The notes under the pieces were generated by a model. It saw nothing but the letters and a program-made list of their open reading frames with translations, was not told where the DNA came from and searched no databases. This document shows, piece by piece, positions 1 to 10,422 of a stretch of DNA of 64,000 nt (the stretch's first letter is position 1; the number at the start of each line of letters is the position of its first letter). The position numbers and the translations under genes are program-made. Source of the DNA: Acidimicrobiia bacterium (GTDB taxonomy: Bacteria > Actinomycetota > Acidimicrobiia > IMCC26256 > PALSA-555); the NCBI GenBank assembly GCA_035763745.1, contig DASUAO010000055.1, positions 2,509 through 66,508 of the forward strand. The letters run 5' to 3'.

Positions 1-1053
1 GGCGACACCGCCGAGGAGATCGCCACCAAGCTGGAGGCGTTCGCGCACTTCGGCTTCCCCGAGAGCCACTCGGTGAGCTTCGCCTACCTCGTGTACTCGA
101 GCGCGTGGGTGAAGTACCACCATCCCGACGCGTTCGCGTGCGCGCTGCTCAACGCGCAGCCGATGGGCTTCTACTCGCCGCACACGATCACCCGTGACGC
201 GATCCGACACGGGGTCGAGGTGCTCGGTCCGTGCGTGCAGGCCTCGCGCCGGGACTGCACGCTCGAGCCGCGCTCACGCGAGGCCGGCCCCATCGGGGTG
301 CCGCAGCCCGGCTGGCACGCGGCGCCGTCGACCCATGCGATGCGCGTCGGGCTCCGCTACGTGCGCGGGCTGTCGAGCGCGCTGCTCGACCGCATCGACG
401 CGACGCGCGACTCTCCCGTGGAGGGGGGCGGCCCGTTCACCGATCTCGAGGACTTCACCCGGCGCACGCACGCACCGGTCGACGCGCTGGAGGCGCTCGC
501 CACCGCGGGCGCGTTCGCGTGCTTCGGCGTCGGGCGACGGGACGCGCTCTGGGCCGCGGGCGCGCTGGGCGAGGTGCGGCCCGGCCGGCTCCCCGGGGTG
601 GTCACCGGCGTCGAAGCGCCCCGGCTCCCGGGGATGGACCCGATCGAGGAGACCGCCGCCGACCTGTGGTCCACCGGGCTGTCGGCCGGCGCGCACCCCA
701 CGGAGTTCGCCCGGGAGTGGCTCGCCACCCGCGGTGCGGTCACCGCGGTGGGACTGCGCGACCTCCCGCACCGCACGATCGTGGAAGTGGGTGGTGTGGT
801 CACCCACCGCCAGCAGCCCGAGACCGCGCACGGTGTGGTGTTCCTCAACCTCGAGGACGAGACCGGGCTGGTGAACGTGATCTGTACGCCCGATGTGTGG
901 AGGCAGTTCCGGAGGGTCGCCCGTGAGTCGCCCGCCCTGTGCGTGCGCGGGCTCCTCGAACGCCACCAGGGGGTCGTCAACCTCGTCGCCCGTCGTATCG
1001 AAGCGCTCGACCTGCGTCCCGCGTCCCTGCTGCGCTCCCGCGACTTCCGCTAG
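1..1053 (+). CDS. dnaE2: Error-prone DNA polymerase DnaE2 (C-family Pol III alpha-like), C-terminal part; 5' end outside window
   Basis: Frame 1 is open from base 1. Translation ...FGFPESHSVSFAYLVYSSAWVKYHHPDAFACALLNAQPMGFYSPHTI... plus the C-terminal OB-fold-like region (VVFLNLEDETGLVNVI) is characteristic of DnaE2. Stop at 1051-1053. Confidence 0.85.
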   Translation, partial: GDTAEEIATKLEAFAHFGFPESHSVSFAYLVYSSAWVKYHHPDAFACALLNAQPMGFYSPHTITRDAIRHGVEVLGPCVQASRRDCTLEPRSREAGPIGVPQPGWHAAPSTHAMRVGLRYVRGLSSALLDRIDATRDSPVEGGGPFTDLEDFTRRTHAPVDALEALATAGAFACFGVGRRDALWAAGALGEVRPGRLPGVVTGVEAPRLPGMDPIEETAADLWSTGLSAGAHPTEFAREWLATRGAVTAVGLRDLPHRTIVEVGGVVTHRQQPETAHGVVFLNLEDETGLVNVICTPDVWRQFRRVARESPALCVRGLLERHQGVVNLVARRIEALDLRPASLLRSRDFR

Positions 1054-1083
1054 GTCCGCGTGGTTGCTGGGTAGCGTCGCCGG

Positions 1084-1239
1084 GTGGACAACCAGCCGAT
1101 CAGCCTGACCCCCATCGGAAACGTGGTGGGCGGGCGCACCGAGCCGATCGACGACGCGATGACCCTGCACGCGCGCGGGCTCGACGCGATCGACGGCTCG
1201 CCCGTGCTCGACGTGAAGGCGCACTCCGAGGAGATGGGG
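1084..1239 (+). pseudogene. TrmO/TsaA-like tRNA methyltransferase relic (internal deletion, probably non-functional)
   Basis: ORF 1084..1524 starts MDNQPISLTPIGNVVGGRTEPIDD (TrmO N-terminal PIG-V strand). This is joined directly to LHARGLDAIDGSPVLDVKAH (TrmO C-terminal GLD..DGTPVLDIKPY-like motif). The roughly 90 residues normally between them are absent, and the remainder of the ORF is Arg/Ala-rich and runs into the next gene. Confidence 0.4.
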
Positions 1240-1400
1240 TCCGCGGCGAGGTGCGCCAGCGCGCGTGGAGCCGCGAGATCATGTCGGGGTACTGGTCCGA
1301 TCGGGAGTCCCCCGAGACGATGGAGGGGAACGGTGAGGGGAGTACCCTGGGCGGGACCCATGGAGCCTGAAGCGATGAACGAGCCTCCGAGTAGCGAGCA

Positions 1401-2651
1401 ATGCCGCGCCGCAACCGCGTCCTGCGGCGGTTCCGCGCGCTTCTCCGCGCGGACCCGACCGATGTCCGGGCTGGCTTCGTCGCGCACTTGCTCGCCACGG
1501 CGACGGGCCTCCTCGCCGGGCTGATCCTCGGCTCGATCACCGGGACGCTCGGCGAGCTCCCCGGCCTGCTCGTCCTCGTCCCGGCCGCCGTCGGCCTGCG
1601 GGGGAACGTCTTCGGCGCCCTCGGCAGTCGGCTCGGCACGCTCGTCGCGACCGGGAACTTCCGGCTCTCCCGCCGTCGCGACACCGAGGTCGGCCAGAGC
1701 CTCGTCGCATCGGTGGCGCTGTCGCTCGGGCTCTCGCTCCTGCTCGCCGTCATGGCGAAGGGTGTGGCGGAGTCGTTCGGGGTCCGGTCGTCGATCGGTG
1801 TCGGCGACCTCGTCGTGGTGTCGGTGATCGGGGCGATCATCCCGACCGTCGTCGTCATGGCGATCACGGTCGGGGTCGCGGCGCTGGGCGTTCGCCACGA
1901 GTGGGACGTCGACAACGTGAGCGTGCCGCTCGTCACCGCGGCCGGCGACCTCGTGACGCTGCCGAGCCTGTTCCTGGCGACGTTCCTCGTGCGCGACATC
2001 GCCCGATGGGTACCGGCAGTCGTGGCCGCGGTCTGTGTCGTCGGCGCGGGGCTCGGGCTCGTGGCGGCGTTGCGCACCCACCTGCCCGTCCTGCGGCGCA
2101 TCGTCGCGGAGTCGGTCCCGTTCCTGCTCGTCGCCGGGATCGTGAGCACGTTCGCCGGGATCACGATCCAGTCCCGACTCGACACCTTCGATCGGCATCC
2201 TGCCCTGCTCATGGTCATTCCACCGCTGCTGTCGTTGTCGGGGTCACTCGCAGGGATCCTCTCGGCGCGGGTCGCGACGAAGCTGCATCTCGGCATCATC
2301 ACCCCGTCGCGCGCGTCGTCGCGCGCCTCGTTGCGCCGCGTGGGCGACGACGTGACCCTCGTCTTCGCGGTCGCCATCCCGATCTTCCTCGTGCTCGGGC
2401 TCGCGGCCGACGTGCTCGCGGCGATCACCGGCCTGGCGAGCCCCGGTGTGCTCGAGATGATCGTGCTCGTGCTGCTCGCGGGGGTGGTCGCGACGGCGCT
2501 CGCATGCGTCGTCGCGTATGCCGCGGCGCTCGCCACCTACCGCCTCGGATGGGACCCCGACAACAACGGGGTCCCGCTCGTCTCGTCCGCCTCGGACTTC
2601 CTCGGAGCGGCGTCGTTGATGGTGTGCCTGGGTATCCTGGGCCTCTCCTGA
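1401..2651 (+). CDS. MgtE/SLC41-type divalent cation (Mg2+) transporter, membrane part only (two MgtE TM modules)
   Basis: 416-aa polytopic protein with two internally similar modules (LVLVPAAVGLRGNVFGALGSRLGT... and LMVIPPLLSLSGSLAGILSARVATKLHLG...). ATG at 1401. Followed 28 nt later by a PhoU/TrkA-C regulator-type gene. Confidence 0.8.
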   Translation: MPRRNRVLRRFRALLRADPTDVRAGFVAHLLATATGLLAGLILGSITGTLGELPGLLVLVPAAVGLRGNVFGALGSRLGTLVATGNFRLSRRRDTEVGQSLVASVALSLGLSLLLAVMAKGVAESFGVRSSIGVGDLVVVSVIGAIIPTVVVMAITVGVAALGVRHEWDVDNVSVPLVTAAGDLVTLPSLFLATFLVRDIARWVPAVVAAVCVVGAGLGLVAALRTHLPVLRRIVAESVPFLLVAGIVSTFAGITIQSRLDTFDRHPALLMVIPPLLSLSGSLAGILSARVATKLHLGIITPSRASSRASLRRVGDDVTLVFAVAIPIFLVLGLAADVLAAITGLASPGVLEMIVLVLLAGVVATALACVVAYAAALATYRLGWDPDNNGVPLVSSASDFLGAASLMVCLGILGLS

Positions 2652-2678
2652 TGGAGCTCACAGTCTGATGAAGCGCTG

Positions 2679-3905
2679 ATGGACGACAAACCCCCCCGCA
2701 ACCTCAAGGCGATGTTGTCGGAGGCGAAGGACACGTCGGAGCTCATGGTCGACCTTGCCTACGCTGCGCTGTTCTTCGGCGACGAGCACATGGCGTCGGA
2801 GGTCCAGGAGCTCGAGGGGCGCCAGAGCGACCTCGTGCACGAGATGCGCGAGGTATGTGTCCTCGCCGCCCGCGCGCCTCGTGAGGCCGAGCAGATGTCG
2901 AGCGTCCTCCACGTCGTCTCGGCGATCGAGCGCATGGCGAACGCGGCGGTCGCCATCTCCCGCATCGTCACTCACCGTCTCGGGATCCCGGCGTCGCTCG
3001 TCGCCGATCTCGCCGCGGCCGAAGAGGTGTCTCATCGCGTGCGCATCCGGGACGAGTCGGCGTTGGCCCACCGTTCCCTCGCCGACGTCGAGCTCCCGGT
3101 CGAGGTCGGCATGCGCATCGTCGCGATCCGCCGGACCAAGGAGTGGATCATCGATCCCGACGGAGACGAGACGCTGCTCCCCGACGACGTGCTGATCCTC
3201 CGTGGGCCGTCCGCGGGGATCGGGGAGCTGCGCGAGCTCGCGAACGCGCCCGAATGGCGGCCTCCCACCGTCGTCGAGGACCCAGCCATCACCGACCTGG
3301 ACCGGGCCGTCGACGTCCTCGTGGAGATGAAGAACATCTCCGAGGTCGCGATCGGGCTCGCGTACTCGGCGCTGCTGTTCGACGACCAGAGCCTCGCGGC
3401 CGAGGTCAACCACCTCGAGGACCGGCTCGACGAGATGCGGGAGCGGCTCGAGGTCTGGGTGCTGCGCTCGGCCGCCGACGAGGTCGACCCGTCGCCACTG
3501 CGCGGGTTGCTGCACCTGGGCGCGGCGGCCGAGGAGCTCGGCGACGCCGCCCAGCAGATGGTCTGGCTCGTCGAGGAGCAAGAGGAGATGCACCCGATCC
3601 TTCGGGTGGCGCTCGGGGAGTCCGACGAGGTCATCGCTCGGGTGCCGGTGGCGGCGGGTTCGACGCTCGACGGAGTGGCGCTCTCGGACGCGCGGATCGA
3701 GGTCGAGACCGGGTTCTACCTGCTCGCGATCCGGCGTGCGGGCCGGTACGTGTACCGACCGCGCGGGCACACCCGCCTGCTCGCCGGCGACGAGCTGATC
3801 GCCAGTGGGCCCGACGAGGGCCAGGCGTTGCTCGCGGAGCGCTGCGGGTACCGCGTCCTCGAGGACGAGGACACGGGCGAGATCGAGCTCGTTCCCGTGC
3901 CCTGA
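2679..3905 (+). CDS. Cytosolic regulatory protein, duplicated PhoU-like + TrkA-C (RCK_C) domains
   Basis: 408 aa. Two repeats of a helical PhoU-like segment (DTSELMVDLAYAALFFGD... / ISEVAIGLAYSALLFDD...), each followed by a TrkA-C-like segment (VRIRDESALAHRSLADVELP..., ARVPVAAGSTLDGVALSDARIE...). Confidence 0.8.
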   Translation: MDDKPPRNLKAMLSEAKDTSELMVDLAYAALFFGDEHMASEVQELEGRQSDLVHEMREVCVLAARAPREAEQMSSVLHVVSAIERMANAAVAISRIVTHRLGIPASLVADLAAAEEVSHRVRIRDESALAHRSLADVELPVEVGMRIVAIRRTKEWIIDPDGDETLLPDDVLILRGPSAGIGELRELANAPEWRPPTVVEDPAITDLDRAVDVLVEMKNISEVAIGLAYSALLFDDQSLAAEVNHLEDRLDEMRERLEVWVLRSAADEVDPSPLRGLLHLGAAAEELGDAAQQMVWLVEEQEEMHPILRVALGESDEVIARVPVAAGSTLDGVALSDARIEVETGFYLLAIRRAGRYVYRPRGHTRLLAGDELIASGPDEGQALLAERCGYRVLEDEDTGEIELVPVP

Positions 3906-3922
3906 GGGCGCCGGGTTCTCGA

Positions 3923-3951
3923 CGCGGTGGACGTGCGCGTGCGTCCACGCG
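3923..3951 (+). terminator. GC-rich hairpin between the PhoU/TrkA-C gene and the P-type ATPase (possible attenuator/terminator)
   Basis: cgcgGTGGACGtgcgcgtgCGTCCACgcg: about 10 bp stem with one bulge, 18 nt after the stop at 3905. No T-tract. Confidence 0.3.
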
Positions 3952-3973
3952 GTCCTCGGCTACCTTGCCCGAC

Positions 3974-6349
3974 GTGGCCGACCCCCTTCCGATCGCGGAC
4001 GCGCGCCCGATCGCGCGCACGCGCCTGACCGCGGCCTCTGGCCTCACTGCCGCCGAGGTCGCCGAGCGCATCGCCCGTGGCGCCACCAACGACGCGGGGG
4101 TGCGGACCAGCCGCACCTACGTCGAGATCTTCCGGGCCAACGTCTTCACCCGCTTCAACGCCATCCTCGGCGTGATGCTCGCCGTGATCCTCACGGTCGG
4201 GGAGATCCAGGACGCGACGTTCGGGATCATCCTCGTCGCCAATGCGCTCATCGGGATCGTGCAGGAGATCCGGGCCAAGCGCACCCTCGACCACCTCGCC
4301 GTGCTCAACGCGCCACGCGCACGGGTGGTCCGCGACGGGTCCGTCCTCGACGTCGCCGTCGAGGAGGTGGTGCTCGACGACCTCCTCGACCTGCGGACGG
4401 GTGACCAGGTCCCCGCCGACGCCGTGGTGCGCACCGCGGTCGGACTGGAGATCGACGAGTCGTTGCTCACCGGTGAGGCCGACCCGGTGCACAAGGACGT
4501 CGATGCCGAAGCGCTCTCGGGGAGCTTCGTCGTGGCCGGCTCGGGCATCGTGCAGGCGACCGCGGTCGGTGCCGAGGCCTACGCCAGCAAGCTCGCTGCT
4601 GAGGCCCGCCGCTTCAAGCTCGTCGAGTCCGAGCTCGTGGCGGGCACGAACACCTTGCTGCGCTGGATCCAGTACGCGCTGTTCCCGGTGTCCGGTCTGC
4701 TGCTCTGGCGCCAGCTCGACAACCACAGCGTCGACGAGGCGCTCGTCGGGACGGTCGCCGGTGTCGTCGGCATGGTCCCGGAAGGCCTCGTCCTGCTGAC
4801 CAGCCTCGCCTTCGGGATCGCGACCGTGACGCTCGCCCGCCGAAACGTGCTCGTGCAGGAGCTCCCGGCGGTGGAGGGCCTCGCGCGCGTCGACGTGGTC
4901 TGCCTCGACAAGACCGGGACGCTCACCGAGGGCGACGTGGCATTCGACGACCTCGAGCTGCTCTCAGGGAGCGTCGAGGACGCGCGCGATGCGCTCGGAG
5001 CGCTCGCGGACGACGAGAACCGGAACGCGACCCTGGCCGCGATCGGTGCTGCCTGTCCCCCTCCGGGATGGGACCGCCAGGAAGCGGTGCCGTTCTCCTC
5101 GGCCCGGAAGTGGAGCGCCGCGCAATTCGACGGGCACGGCTCGTGGGTGGTGGGAGCACCGGAGATGGCGCTGGCCGACCGGCCCGACGACCCGAGCCGC
5201 CGCCGGGCCGACGAGCTGGCGAGTGAGGGTCGGCGCGTCCTCCTGCTGGCACGCTCCGACGCGGCACTGGCCGGCGAGGTGCTCCCGGCCGGGCTGGAGG
5301 CGGTCGCCCTCGTGCTGCTGGAGGAGAAGGTTCGTCCCGACGCGGCCGACACGCTGCGCTACTTCGAGGAGCAGGGGGTCGCGCTCAAGGTCATCTCGGG
5401 CGACAACCCGCGCACGGTCGCCGCGGTGGCGCGTCGGGTCGGTCTCGACGGTGCCGACCATGCGGTCGACGCCCGTGAGCTCCCCGACGACGTCGAGGCA
5501 CTGGCCGAGGTCCTCGACACCGAGAGTGTGTTCGGGCGGGTGACCCCGCAGCAGAAGCGCGCGATGGTGGGCGCCTTGCAGTCGCGCGGCCATGTCGTCG
5601 CCATGACCGGTGACGGCGTGAACGACGCGCTCGCGCTCAAGGACGCCGACATCGGGGTCGCGATGGGATCGGGCGCCGCGGCGACCCGAGCCGTGGCCCA
5701 GCTGGTGCTCCTCGACGGGAAGTTCGCCACGATGCCCGGCGTCGTCGCCGAAGGTCGCCGGGTGATCGCCAACATCGAGCGGTCGGCGAACCTGTTCGTG
5801 ACCAAGACGGTCTACGCGGTCCTGATCGCGATCGCGGTGGTGATCATCGGGTGGCGCTATCCCTTCCTCCCGAGGCACCTCACGATCATCAGTACGTTCA
5901 CCATCGGTATCCCCGGGTTCGTGCTCGCGCTCGCCCCGAACAAGCGGCGCTACATCCCGGGCTTCCTCGAGCGGGTGATGCGCTTCTGCGTGCCCGCCGG
6001 TCTCATCGCGGGGACCGCTGCGCTCGCCACCTACGGCATGGCCCGGTTCGAGGAGAGCGTCCCGCTGAAGGAGGCCCGAACGACGGCGACGCTCGTGCTC
6101 GTCGCGGTCGGCCTGTGGGTGCTCGTGCTCCTCGCGCGGCCGTTCAACTGGTGGAAGGGCGCCCTGGTCGGTGCGATGGGGGCGAGCGTCGCGCTCGTCC
6201 TCGTCATCGACCCACTGCGGAAGTTCTACGCCCTACAGCTCCCGGAGATCCGGGTGCTCGGGTGGGCCACCCTCATCGCGGTGGCGGCGATCTTCCTGCT
6301 CGAGGTGGTGTGGCGCAGCTCGCGCGGAGTTCAACGCTCGACGACGTGA
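3974..6349 (+). CDS. Cation-translocating P-type ATPase (P2-type, HAD-IC family)
   Basis: In-frame GTG at 3974, after which the sequence becomes protein-like. Motifs DKTGTLT (VCLDKTGTLTEG), MVPEGL in TM4 and MTGDGVNDALALKDADIGVAMG. The upstream part of ORF 3143..6349 is an Arg-rich overlap with the previous gene. Confidence 0.88.
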   Translation: MADPLPIADARPIARTRLTAASGLTAAEVAERIARGATNDAGVRTSRTYVEIFRANVFTRFNAILGVMLAVILTVGEIQDATFGIILVANALIGIVQEIRAKRTLDHLAVLNAPRARVVRDGSVLDVAVEEVVLDDLLDLRTGDQVPADAVVRTAVGLEIDESLLTGEADPVHKDVDAEALSGSFVVAGSGIVQATAVGAEAYASKLAAEARRFKLVESELVAGTNTLLRWIQYALFPVSGLLLWRQLDNHSVDEALVGTVAGVVGMVPEGLVLLTSLAFGIATVTLARRNVLVQELPAVEGLARVDVVCLDKTGTLTEGDVAFDDLELLSGSVEDARDALGALADDENRNATLAAIGAACPPPGWDRQEAVPFSSARKWSAAQFDGHGSWVVGAPEMALADRPDDPSRRRADELASEGRRVLLLARSDAALAGEVLPAGLEAVALVLLEEKVRPDAADTLRYFEEQGVALKVISGDNPRTVAAVARRVGLDGADHAVDARELPDDVEALAEVLDTESVFGRVTPQQKRAMVGALQSRGHVVAMTGDGVNDALALKDADIGVAMGSGAAATRAVAQLVLLDGKFATMPGVVAEGRRVIANIERSANLFVTKTVYAVLIAIAVVIIGWRYPFLPRHLTIISTFTIGIPGFVLALAPNKRRYIPGFLERVMRFCVPAGLIAGTAALATYGMARFEESVPLKEARTTATLVLVAVGLWVLVLLARPFNWWKGALVGAMGASVALVLVIDPLRKFYALQLPEIRVLGWATLIAVAAIFLLEVVWRSSRGVQRSTT

Positions 6350-6369
6350 GGCCTGTCGCGGGCCGGGCG

Positions 6370-7062
6370 TCAGACCGCGGTGCCGACGAGCTCGCCGACG
6401 AGCGCGGTCGCGGCCATTGCGAGGCCCCCGCCCAGGAGCACGCGACCCGCGGCCCATCCGACTTTCGCCCCGCCGAGCTTGCCGCCGGCACCTCCGGTGA
6501 GTGCGAGGACGACGAGAGAGGCGACTGCGATGAAGGCGATCCGGGTGTCGTCGTTCGCGACCAGGAGCGTGAGCAACGGCACCGCGGCGCCGAGCATGAA
6601 GCTGATGGCCGAGACGATGGCCGCCTGCCAGGGCCGAGCGGTGGTCTCCTCGGTCATCCCGAGCTCGTCGCGGAGGTGGGCTCCGAGCGGGTCCACCTCG
6701 TGGAGCTGGACCGCGACCTGACGGGCGAGGCCCGGATCCAGGCCCCGTTGCACGTAGATCTGGGTGAGCTCGTTGAGCTCGAGCTCGGGAGCGCGGGCGA
6801 GCTCGCGCTCCTCCTTGCTGATGTCGGCGCGCTCGGTGTCGCGTTGGGAGCTCACGGAGACGTACTCGCCAGCGGCCATCGACATCGCTCCAGCCGCGAG
6901 GCCTGCGAGCCCCGCAACTGCGATCGCCGTGCTGGTCCCGTTGGACGCCGCGACGCCGATCATCAGGCTGGCGGTCGACACGATCCCGTCGTTGGCGCCC
7001 AGCACTGCCGCTCGGAGCCAACCGACGCGTGTGTATCGATGACGTTCGCGGTGCAGCAGCAT
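6370..7062 (-). CDS. VIT1/CCC1 family Fe2+/Mn2+ transporter
   Basis: LRAAVLGANDGIVSTASLMIGVAA...AGAMSMAAGEYVSVSSQRD... is typical of the VIT family. The ATG at 7060-7062 overlaps the TGA of corA (ATGA). Confidence 0.85.
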   Translation of the reverse strand: MLLHRERHRYTRVGWLRAAVLGANDGIVSTASLMIGVAASNGTSTAIAVAGLAGLAAGAMSMAAGEYVSVSSQRDTERADISKEERELARAPELELNELTQIYVQRGLDPGLARQVAVQLHEVDPLGAHLRDELGMTEETTARPWQAAIVSAISFMLGAAVPLLTLLVANDDTRIAFIAVASLVVLALTGGAGGKLGGAKVGWAAGRVLLGGGLAMAATALVGELVGTAV

Positions 7063-8060
7063 CAGAACCAGCTCTTCCGCTTGAAGTAGAGGTACATCGG
7101 GACACAGAGGAACAGGGTGACCCCGCCCACGGCGAGGAAGCCCGAACCCCACGAGACGCCGGGGGCGTCGCGGAAGTTCATCCCTAGGACTCCGGTGACG
7201 AGCGTGGCGACGAGGAAGATCGCACCCCACGCCGCGATCTTCTGCTGCACGAGACTCATCCGGTTGGAAGCGAGCGAGAGCTCGGCGTCACGCAGGCTGG
7301 TGAGGACGTCGCGTTGGCTCTCGACGAAGTCGCCGACCCGCAGCACGTGGTCGGCGAGGTCCTGGAAGTGGACGAGGGCGCCGTCGTCGATGTACGGAAC
7401 CTCACGACGCACGATCTCGGCAACGACGTCGCGCAACGGGATCGCGGCACGGCGGAACTGCACGAGTGACTTGCCGAGCGAGAACAGCTGCATCGGGCGT
7501 GGCTTGGTCGTCCCCTCACTCCGCTCGTCGGCGAGGACCGCTTCCTCGGCATCGTCGAGCTGATCGTCGACCTGCTCGGTGACGACGAAGTACCGGTCGA
7601 CGATGGCATCCAGGAAGGCCCAGAGGAGGAGGCCGACCGGCGCGTCGTCGTGTCGGGCGAGCTGGAGCTCGAACACGCGGCGGACGTGATCGATCGGAAA
7701 GGCGCCGGGGTCGGCGTCGTCGGGGGCCTGGCGCACGGACAGGAACCACGAGGTCCCGAGCACGATGTCGATCTCGCGTGTCCGGAGCCCGTCATGGTGC
7801 AGCGCGCAGTCGTACACGGCGACGTGGGAGTGCGTGTCGTAGTGCGCGAGCTTCGTGCGCTGGCCGGCCTTGGTGAGGTCCTCGCGCGCGAAGTCGTTGA
7901 TGTGGAGCACGTCGAAGACAGTGGCGAGCTCGTCGGAGGTGGGGGCTTCGCACTCGATCCACACCATGCCGGACCCTGCGATCGAGTCGGTGGCGAGGTC
8001 GTCGAGCGTCCGGTGCTCTGGCTCGGTCGAACCATGTGCGTACCAGAGGATCTCGATCAC
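7062..8060 (-). CDS. corA: CorA family Mg2+/Co2+ transport protein
   Basis: 332 aa. C-terminal two TM helices with the GMN signature (VTGVLGMNFRDAP). GTG start. Confidence 0.88.
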   Translation of the reverse strand: MIEILWYAHGSTEPEHRTLDDLATDSIAGSGMVWIECEAPTSDELATVFDVLHINDFAREDLTKAGQRTKLAHYDTHSHVAVYDCALHHDGLRTREIDIVLGTSWFLSVRQAPDDADPGAFPIDHVRRVFELQLARHDDAPVGLLLWAFLDAIVDRYFVVTEQVDDQLDDAEEAVLADERSEGTTKPRPMQLFSLGKSLVQFRRAAIPLRDVVAEIVRREVPYIDDGALVHFQDLADHVLRVGDFVESQRDVLTSLRDAELSLASNRMSLVQQKIAAWGAIFLVATLVTGVLGMNFRDAPGVSWGSGFLAVGGVTLFLCVPMYLYFKRKSWF

Positions 8061-8140
8061 AGTTCCAGCCTAGGAGTTGGCACCTCGACGATCGGTCCCG
8101 CGGTCGAGCGAGCGTCGGCCGCGCCGGCCGGTGGAGATCG

Positions 8141-8584
8141 TCAGTCGACCACCTCGACGCGCAACGCGACTCGCAGGCCGGTGAGCCATGTCGGCACGTT
8201 TCGGTGGGCCAGGAGCGCGGCGCACGCGTCGAGCAGTGAGACGAAGCCCACCGGCTCCCGGCCGTCCCGGACGAGCAGCACCCGGTGGCCGTGGCGCATC
8301 ATCGAGTCGATGGCCTCGAGCGCGGTGGCGCAGGGGTCCACGGTCACGGGATCGGGTGTGGCGAGCCCGGCGACGGCCGTCCGGGGGGTGTCGGCGCGTG
8401 CGACGGCCCGGACGATGTCGTGCTCGGTGAGGATCGCGCCCCGTGCGCCCACCAGGACGGCAGGGGCGTGAGCGCGGAGCATCGCCTGGGCGGCGTCCTC
8501 CAGGGTCGCTCGCTCGTGGAGCACGACGACCGGGAAGAGCTCGACGTCGCAGACCCGGACGGTGGGCGCCCCTTCGTGCGTCAT
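8141..8584 (-). CDS. CBS-pair domain protein (Hrp1/Rv2626c-like)
   Basis: 147 aa starting MTHEGAPTVRVCDV. Two CBS-like repeats (...ILTEHDIVRAV..., ...PVGFVSLLDACAAL...). The ATG overlaps the TGA of the upstream ORF (ATGA at 8581-8584). Confidence 0.75.
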   Translation of the reverse strand: MTHEGAPTVRVCDVELFPVVVLHERATLEDAAQAMLRAHAPAVLVGARGAILTEHDIVRAVARADTPRTAVAGLATPDPVTVDPCATALEAIDSMMRHGHRVLLVRDGREPVGFVSLLDACAALLAHRNVPTWLTGLRVALRVEVVD

Positions 8585-9114
8585 CGCCCGGGACCGTCCG
8601 TGGGCTCGGTCTCCAGCTCGGCCGCGAGGTTCTGCAGGAAGGCTCGGACCCCGGTCTCGACGACCCGGTGGACCAGGTCGGGATGCGCCGTCGACGGCTC
8701 CGGCTCGGGGCCGTCGATCTGGTCGTCGCCGAGCAGGGTGAGCGTCTCGGTGCTCCGGTAGCTCGCGTTCAGCACGAGCTCGGACGCGCTGAGCCCGATC
8801 GGCGCGATCTCCAGATCGCCGCTGATCGGAGGGAACCACGTGTGCTCGATGGCGTCCTCCCAGGAGATCGGCACCACGAGCCCCCAGGCGCGCGATCGGA
8901 CCGCGCCGCGATCGAGGTGCACGCCCGGCAAGGACACGACTGACGCATCTGCGTCCTTGGTGCAGTCGGGGGATCCGACGAGCGCACGCGACACCCGCGC
9001 GGCCTCGCAGACGGCCTCGGCGACGATCGGGCCGAGCCATCGGGGGTCACCGAGGAACCGCGGCGCCACGCTCTGGAACGGCCGTGCGACGTGGATGAAG
9101 TCCCGGACGAACAT
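8581..9114 (-). CDS. Hypothetical protein (possibly SRPBCC-like fold)
   Basis: 177-aa ORF with normal amino-acid composition. The N-terminus MFVRDFIHVARPFQSVAPRFLGDPRWL resembles the SRPBCC N-terminal pattern. Translationally coupled to the CBS gene. Confidence 0.6.
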   Translation of the reverse strand: MFVRDFIHVARPFQSVAPRFLGDPRWLGPIVAEAVCEAARVSRALVGSPDCTKDADASVVSLPGVHLDRGAVRSRAWGLVVPISWEDAIEHTWFPPISGDLEIAPIGLSASELVLNASYRSTETLTLLGDDQIDGPEPEPSTAHPDLVHRVVETGVRAFLQNLAAELETEPTDGPGR

Positions 9115-9152
9115 GCCGCTCCACGATGCCGGGTCGGGTCGAGAGGTCGGCA

Positions 9153-9165
9153 GGGCCGAAGGTCA
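9153..9165. promoter_or_regulatory. Candidate response-regulator operator, copy 1 (GGGCCGAAGGTCA)
   Basis: 13-mer located 39-51 nt upstream of the start at 9114. Its exact reverse complement occurs at 11172-11184. It has the shape GGGnC-N4-GTCnC, reminiscent of the DosR box. Confidence 0.4.
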
Positions 9166-9192
9166 CACGGCGGACGTGGCCTTGGCCCGCGG

Positions 9193-10422
<1,230 letters not shown>

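Noticed and set aside
1240-1400. Possible M-box (Mg2+) riboswitch upstream of the MgtE-type gene
   Set aside because: Only a weak resemblance (GGTGAGGGGAG versus the GGTGAGGCTCC core), and too little sequence matches the roughly 160-nt consensus. I cannot support it without a covariance-model scan.
3143-3973. N-terminal 277 codons of the 1068-aa ORF containing the P-type ATPase
   Set aside because: This part overlaps the PhoU/TrkA-C gene in another frame and is almost pure Arg/Gly/Ala/Pro. Protein-like sequence begins at the in-frame GTG at 3974. The same logic was applied to the long 5' extensions of ORFs 20863..22887, 25691..26854, 27107..28708, 38064..40052, 40317..42404, 45635..47956, 49278..51053 and 50188..55356.
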